From Candidatus Saccharibacteria bacterium UBA6572 (GTDB lineage Bacteria; Patescibacteriota; Saccharimonadia; Saccharimonadales; Saccharimonadaceae): DNA of 64,000 nucleotides. The DNA lies in assembly GCA_002434045.1 (NCBI GenBank), contig DJJI01000003.1, positions 997 to 64,996 on the forward strand. Reading direction: 5' to 3'. Of this stretch, positions 56,656-64,000 are shown piece after piece; positions within the stretch are counted from its first letter, which is position 1, and the number at the start of each line of letters is the position of its first letter. Both the position numbers and the translations under genes were made by a program. Under the pieces are notes generated by a model. That model saw only the letters and a list, made by a program, of their open reading frames with translations. It searched no databases and was not told the DNA's origin.

Positions 56656-58065
56656 CAGCGCCTTTGAGCAGATGATCTCTGTCGGTAATCCGACCGGTGA
56701 AGTCATCGGTGTCGAGCGCTTTCTGATCAAAATCAAAGGCCTTGATGGAGCACCGGTTGGGGCGTTAGCGATGCTGCAAACCGGCCAACACTGCGTGATT
56801 CGTGAGATTCGTGATGGCTATGTTTTAGCACTCAACCTCGATACTGAGACGACTTCGATTGGTACACTTGTTGTACTCGAGGAGCTTGAACTAACAACCC
56901 CTGTTGGTGAGGCGATGATTGGTCGCGTTGTAAATCCACTCGGCCAGCCGTTAGATGCCAAAGGCGAGCTGACATTGACTGAAAGTCGACATGTTTTTGC
57001 TGAGGCGCCAGGTATCCACGAACGCAGTATCTTAAAGGACCAGTTATTTAGTGGTGTCACAATGGTTGATATGCTTTTTCCAGTAGTACTAGGCCAGCGC
57101 ATCGCCGTGCTCGGTGATACGAAATCAGGCAAATCAAGCTTTTTGATGCAGCTCGGCGTTAATCAAACAGGCAGTGATCGCATCGTTGTCTATGTCCTCA
57201 TCGGCAAGCGACGTGTTGAAATCGATCAAACGATTAGCCAGCTTAACGAGACAGGAGCGATACAGAATAGTATCGTTGTCGTTGCCAACATCTTTGACTC
57301 ACTTGCGCAGTCGTATATCGCACCATATGTCGGCTGTGCGATCGCCGAACACCTATGGCATGGAGGACGTGATGTCGTCATCGTTTACGATGACCTATCT
57401 TCGCACGCCAAGATTCACCGGGAAGTCTCGCTCCTCGCCAAGGTCAACCCTGGTCGTGACAGCTACCCGGGTGATATGTTCTACTCACATTCATCGCTAC
57501 TTGAGCGTGCTGGAAAGCTTGCGAGTAACGAGAAGACACTCACAGCCCTGCCAGTTGTCGTGACTCCAGGGGATGACATCACAGCCTACTTACCGACAAG
57601 TATTATGTCTATCACGGATGGACAAATCATCTTTGACCTCGCAACATTCCGTCGCAACATACGACCGGCCGTCAAAACCGGTCTATCGGTCTCACGTGTT
57701 GGTGGTCGAGCGCAGACAACGTCACAAAAACGTCTTTCGACGGCGCTTATGCAACGACTTGCGGCATATCAACAAGCGCAAGAGTTCGCCCACTTCGGCT
57801 CGGATATGTCGGCTGAGTCAAAACAGACGCTCGAACTTGGTAAACAGATCTATGAGGCCTTGCGCCAGACACCAACGGAGCGACTATCGATCGTCGAGCA
57901 AGAAATAATGTTGCGCGCTATCGTGCTTGGTGATGGCAAGCGATCCCTGAACGTCATGCAACTCAAACAGCAAGCCCACGTGGTCGCAGAGACGGTGCAG
58001 AATGAGGCGGATATCGAGAGACTATCCCAAGAAGTTCTCGAACAGTCAGTCGTGGAGGCAGCGAC

Positions 58066-58069
<4 letters not shown>
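56645..58069 (+). CDS. atpA: ATP synthase subunit alpha (divergent)
   Basis: P-loop GDTKSGKS, Walker B VVIVYDDLS, Arg-finger context GLSVSRVGGRAQ and PGDDITAYLPTSIMSITDGQI. The start is at MYDNSAF (ATG 56645). Confidence 0.9.
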
Positions 58070-60508
<2,439 letters not shown>

Positions 60509-60591
60509 GTTTTCACGGTTGTGTAATAGGGAGTCAATCAGGTACAATGATGACCATAAGCAATATAAGGGTGGAGAGATAATCTATTACT

Positions 60592-61146
60592 ATGGATTTT
60601 AAAGCTCAAACAAATCAGCAACCACAGCCTCAACCATCGGCTCCGCAACCTGCTGCACCTCGATCAGAGGCTATCTCACAAGTTGCTCCAACAGGTAGCG
60701 GCGGATCTGGTGGTCGCAAGCTCATAGCACTCGTCGTCGGCCTTGTCGTCGTTGCTATCATCGCCGTTGTCGGTGTGCTTTTATGGCAGGGCAGCCAAAG
60801 TGGTGAGACAACAGAAACCACGAGTGTCGACACGAGCAAATATCAAGCTGTTTTCATGACAAACGGTCAGGTTTATTTCGGTAAACTCTCAAATCTCGAC
60901 AGCAAGTACAGTGAGTTGACAGATGTCTACTATCTCCAGGTTCAACAGCAGAACATCCAGCCTGGTACCGGTGGCAACACCACCAACAGTGAACAACCAC
61001 AGGTCTCACTGACAAAGCTTGGTCAGGAGCTACATGGTCCAACTGACAAGATGCACATCGCTAGCGAGCAGATTCTCTTCTGGGAAGATCTCAAAGACGA
61101 TAGCACCGTCGTAAAGGCCATCAAGGACTACCAGGCTAAACAGTAG
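60592..61146 (+). CDS. Hypothetical bitopic membrane protein (Pro/Gln-rich cytoplasmic N-terminus, TM, ~110-aa external domain)
   Basis: 184-aa ORF with TM LIALVVGLVVVAIIAVVGVLLW. I recognise no motif. Confidence 0.5.
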   Translation: MDFKAQTNQQPQPQPSAPQPAAPRSEAISQVAPTGSGGSGGRKLIALVVGLVVVAIIAVVGVLLWQGSQSGETTETTSVDTSKYQAVFMTNGQVYFGKLSNLDSKYSELTDVYYLQVQQQNIQPGTGGNTTNSEQPQVSLTKLGQELHGPTDKMHIASEQILFWEDLKDDSTVVKAIKDYQAKQ

Positions 61147-61170
61147 TTTACCCACTATAATAAGCACTCC

Positions 61171-61196
61171 AAATCACCCCAACATCGGGGTGATTT
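61171..61196. terminator. Bidirectional terminator between convergent genes
   Basis: aaatcacccc-aacatc-ggggtgattt. Confidence 0.8.
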
Positions 61197-61199
61197 CCT

Positions 61200-63293
61200 T
61201 TAATCCTGGTTTGTACGTCGACTCAAGTAGCGCTCAGTACCGAGTAATGAAAGTCCAAGTGAGAGCGTGATTGCCGTGAATAACCAGTCGGTCTGAGAAA
61301 GCTTGTTCTGTTCCACCTGTTGGTTCACGGCCATACCCGAGCCAGTTGGTACGGATGGGCTAAGGATATCTGCGCTTGCCAGCGTGGCGACGCCGTCGTC
61401 CGAGGCCTCAAGGGTATAGCTTCCGTCGTTTTGCGGGACGAATCGGAAGGCGCGGACAGTGTTTGCCGTGAGCTGCGGGCCAACATTTGTCGTACTGTGC
61501 GTTGAAGGATTACTACTAGACGGTATTGTTCCAGCAGCCGTGTTAACGCCAAAGCTACCGTGCCAACTTCCGAAGACGTTGATAAACAAGATACCGAACC
61601 AGTCACTGAGTGCAAACTGACTATTATTGAGGTTAAGAATGTTAACTGCGGCATAGGCATCACCAGATGTAGCATCACCAGCCTTCGTGTTATTGGCGAC
61701 CGTCGCATCACCTGAACTTGCAGTGAGATTGATATCATTGACGATCGCTTGATCGGTCACGGCATCGATATCAAACGTCGAGTTTTCCGTTATACCGCCA
61801 CCGAGAGCGGCAGACGTCGTGCCGGCCGGCGCATCAACGATGACACCGACCCATGTCCCCATTACATTGATGAATACGAGAAGAGCGTTCTTGCCGACGA
61901 CTTGTTTACCTGTCAGATTGAGGAGGGTGATATTCGTATCGGCGTTACCCGAACTAGCGTTACCGGCTTCAGTGTTGTTGGTGACATTTGCCGAGCCGCT
62001 TGATGCCGTGGCATTCACGTTATTGGTTGTCGAGGCGGTGTTGTTGAATTCCCCGAGCACGGACGCGTTATTGATATTGCTAGTATCAAGCGTACCGAGA
62101 GTATTCGATGCGAGCAGGGTACTGATCAGTTCTTGGGGCAATAAAATATCGCCATCAAGGTTGCCGTAGATGTTGAGCATGCCGAGTAACGAATTACCAC
62201 TGATGATAGATGAGTTGATTGCGTTGATGATGTTGGCGATGACCGTTGCGGTGCCGGTCGTGGCATTCCCCGCCTCAGTATTGTTCGTAACACCGGCGTC
62301 ACCAGAAGCGGCCTCGAGGCTTATGGTGTTATGAATAGCTGCGTCACTTGATACATTCACGTCGATGTCGCCGCTCGTTTGCGGGTTGCTAGACCGAGAT
62401 GGGTCTGGTGGTTGCAACCATAGGTCACCAAGTATGTTACCGAAGAGATTTTGAGTAAATATGTTGAACGCATTGCCAGTGACGCCCATATTCCAGACGC
62501 TCTGGAGGAGATTGAAGACCGTTGCGATCGATGAAGCATTACCACTGAGCGCGCTACCCGCAAGGGTATTCATAGCAACGAGCGCATCGCCAGTGATTGC
62601 TGAAGAATCAATATTATTGCTGATAATTGCGTTATAAAACAGGTCAAAGATGCCTTCAGACTTTGCACCAGACGAGTCGACGCCGTTTGGCGCGAGTCCG
62701 AGTAGGCTTAGAAGTGGTGAACTGGCTCCCGCGCTCTTAGCGCTTGCTGCCTGTTTTGAATCCGTATCAGTTGTCTCGGGTGATCCCTTGCTCGTGTCCA
62801 GCTCAGCGCCTTGTGGAGGAACGGCTATTGAGATGACGTTAGGCTTGTACGTTCCGGATGGTGCATCAAAAACCCACTCAGTCGTGTCCCACATACCGGT
62901 TTGTGGGTTGTAGCTATAGGTAGGTGTTTGCTTTGGAGTTGTTTGATTTGTTGCGGGATTCCAGATGTACTGATCGTTCTCCCACATACCAGTACTATCG
63001 TTGTACGTATAGGTTGTACTGGCGGCACCAGTTGGCTGTGATGGACCCTGGTGCTCTGCTTCTGGTTCAGGTGCGGGCTGTTGTGGCTCTGGTTCAGGTG
63101 CGGGCTGTTGCGGCTCTGGCTCAGGTGGTTGCTCAGCAGGCGCAGGTTCCTGGGTTGTCGTCTCCTCGACTGGTGTCGTTGAGCCGTTTTCGGCCCGAAC
63201 GATATGCGGAAAAGAGAGCGTTGCAACAGAAAGCGCAAGGGCTAGGTATATAATGCGTCGAGATGTGCTGGTTATGGAATAGTTGAGAGTCAT
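61200..63293 (-). CDS. Secreted, C-terminally membrane-anchored repeat protein (Pro-rich tandem repeat, TG(M)W repeats, three Asn/Ser/Gly-rich solenoid-like modules)
   Basis: Signal peptide (IIYLALALSVATLSFPHIVRAEN). It has the tandem repeat EPEPQQPAP x2, the motif TY.YN..TGMW......W twice, and three modules containing A(A/S)SG(D/S)A.VTNNT(E/K)AG(N/D)A(T/S)(T/S)G.A plus ...N..G.W.G. The C-terminal TM is WLFTAITLSLGLSLLG. Confidence 0.7.
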   Translation of the reverse strand: MTLNYSITSTSRRIIYLALALSVATLSFPHIVRAENGSTTPVEETTTQEPAPAEQPPEPEPQQPAPEPEPQQPAPEPEAEHQGPSQPTGAASTTYTYNDSTGMWENDQYIWNPATNQTTPKQTPTYSYNPQTGMWDTTEWVFDAPSGTYKPNVISIAVPPQGAELDTSKGSPETTDTDSKQAASAKSAGASSPLLSLLGLAPNGVDSSGAKSEGIFDLFYNAIISNNIDSSAITGDALVAMNTLAGSALSGNASSIATVFNLLQSVWNMGVTGNAFNIFTQNLFGNILGDLWLQPPDPSRSSNPQTSGDIDVNVSSDAAIHNTISLEAASGDAGVTNNTEAGNATTGTATVIANIINAINSSIISGNSLLGMLNIYGNLDGDILLPQELISTLLASNTLGTLDTSNINNASVLGEFNNTASTTNNVNATASSGSANVTNNTEAGNASSGNADTNITLLNLTGKQVVGKNALLVFINVMGTWVGVIVDAPAGTTSAALGGGITENSTFDIDAVTDQAIVNDINLTASSGDATVANNTKAGDATSGDAYAAVNILNLNNSQFALSDWFGILFINVFGSWHGSFGVNTAAGTIPSSSNPSTHSTTNVGPQLTANTVRAFRFVPQNDGSYTLEASDDGVATLASADILSPSVPTGSGMAVNQQVEQNKLSQTDWLFTAITLSLGLSLLGTERYLSRRTNQD
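63063..63119 (-). repeat. Tandem 30-nt coding repeat (Pro/Glu/Gln-rich linker)
   Basis: tggttcaggtgcgggctgttg(t/c)ggctc occurs twice in tandem (63063-63089 and 63093-63119) and encodes PEPEPQQPAPEPEPQQPAP. Confidence 0.8.
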
Positions 63294-63404
63294 GGCCGCC
63301 CTTTCTTTCTGAAGTAATAATCACGAAGAATAAAGTTATGGAGCAGGGGATGAGTCGCATCCTACACCCCCTGCGGGAGTTACATATAACTAGTCCGTAG
63401 CAGG

Positions 63405-63992
63405 CTAGTTACTGACCGTTACGATGGTCTCAGACGTGTTTACATTACTTGCGTCACCGCTCGATGCACTACCGCCTGTGGTGTTGCCAGAGACGTTCGC
63501 CGATCCAGATGAGGCACTTTGCGAATTGGAGTTCGTAACGTTTACCTCATTGTGGTTGTGAACGTGAACCTTAGTGTGGCCATTGAACGTGACTTGGTTG
63601 TTCGAGTTAGGTCCGGTTGCTCCGGTGATGGCTCCGCTCATGTTACCAGCACCAGCACCAGTTGTAGCGTCACTACTATTTGTGAGACTAACACTCGTGC
63701 CCGCGTAGTTGTCATTCATCGCATCGCCACTGCTGGCTGAGCCACCGGTCGTGTTGCCGGATACATTGGCTGAGCCGGTGCTTGCACCTTGGCCGTTTGA
63801 GTTACTGACGTTAACCTTATTGCGGTTGTGAACAGATCGCCAGTCCGATCCGTTGAACGTCACTTGGTTATTTGAGCTTGGTCCTGTTGGGCCAGTGATC
63901 GTTCCCGTGGTTGCTGCTGATGCGACACCTGCACTAAAGCCGACGCCCAGCACAGTTGCAGCAGTGACACGTAGAAGTTTCAATTTTTTCAT
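63405..63992 (-). CDS. Small secreted protein made of two ~80-aa Asn/Ser/Gly/Thr-rich repeats (curlin-like composition)
   Basis: Signal peptide MKKLKLLRVTAATVLGVGFSAGVASA. The unit ITG.TGP.SNNQVTFNG....VHN.N.VNV.NSN.Q.AS.GSANVSGNTTGGSASSGDA occurs twice. It shares the SG.A.V..NT..G.A.SG.A motif with the neighbouring 697-aa protein. Confidence 0.7.
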   Translation of the reverse strand: MKKLKLLRVTAATVLGVGFSAGVASAATTGTITGPTGPSSNNQVTFNGSDWRSVHNRNKVNVSNSNGQGASTGSANVSGNTTGGSASSGDAMNDNYAGTSVSLTNSSDATTGAGAGNMSGAITGATGPNSNNQVTFNGHTKVHVHNHNEVNVTNSNSQSASSGSANVSGNTTGGSASSGDASNVNTSETIVTVSN

Positions 63993-64000
63993 CGTGTTTG

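Overview
This window looks like a chromosomal segment of a Saccharibacteria (TM7, Candidate Phyla Radiation) bacterium. The 16S rRNA gene (47283-48801) contains exact matches to the TM7-specific primer and probe sites as I remember them: gagaggatgatcagccag at 47607, actgggcgtaaagagttgc at 47848, cataaaggaattgacggggac at 48198 and ggaaggaggggatgatgtcaggtc at 48450. Coding density is high and G+C looks roughly balanced by eye.

Content in order:
- 1-11.1 kb: a complete monoderm-type type IV pilus locus (pilM fragment, pilN, pilO-like, pilB, pilT, pilC, major pilin, pilD, four minor pilins).
- 11-34 kb: housekeeping genes (xerC-like, uppP, ndk, PPIase, GT2 synthase, nrdR, MacB-type ABC pair, thrS, an ATL protein, miaA, rpmB, M50 protease, Nudix-RNase H fusion, rplT-rpmI-infC, comM, GH5 glucanase).
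- Eight tRNA genes, RNase P RNA and tmRNA.
- 35.3-42 kb: an orphan VirD4/TraG-like ATPase next to an LPXTG surface protein.
- 42.2-46.7 kb: gyrB-gyrA.
- 47.3-49.3 kb: a 16S gene not followed by a 23S gene, then tRNA-Ala and tRNA-Ile.
- 49.8-54.6 kb: a 1599-aa repeat-rich surface protein.
- 55.5-60.5 kb: an F-type ATPase cluster (b-like, delta, alpha, gamma, beta, epsilon) with no a or c subunit genes.
- 61.2-64 kb: two secreted Asn/Ser/Gly-repeat proteins.

Most noteworthy:
1. A roughly 0.8 kb high-GC foreign gene bounded by direct repeats of the tRNA-Asp 3' end.
2. The giant tail-fibre-like adhesin with a lectin-like C-terminus.
3. A secreted protein whose C-terminus resembles an ATP synthase c-subunit hairpin, sitting exactly where atpB/atpE would be expected.
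4. The broken rRNA operon with a duplicated tRNA-Ile 5' half.
5. A PilX-like pilin carrying a PKD-like tip domain.
6. A curlin-like repeat protein pair.

I saw no CRISPR array, transposase or phage-type integrase. All functional calls come from motif recognition by eye. No database searches were run.
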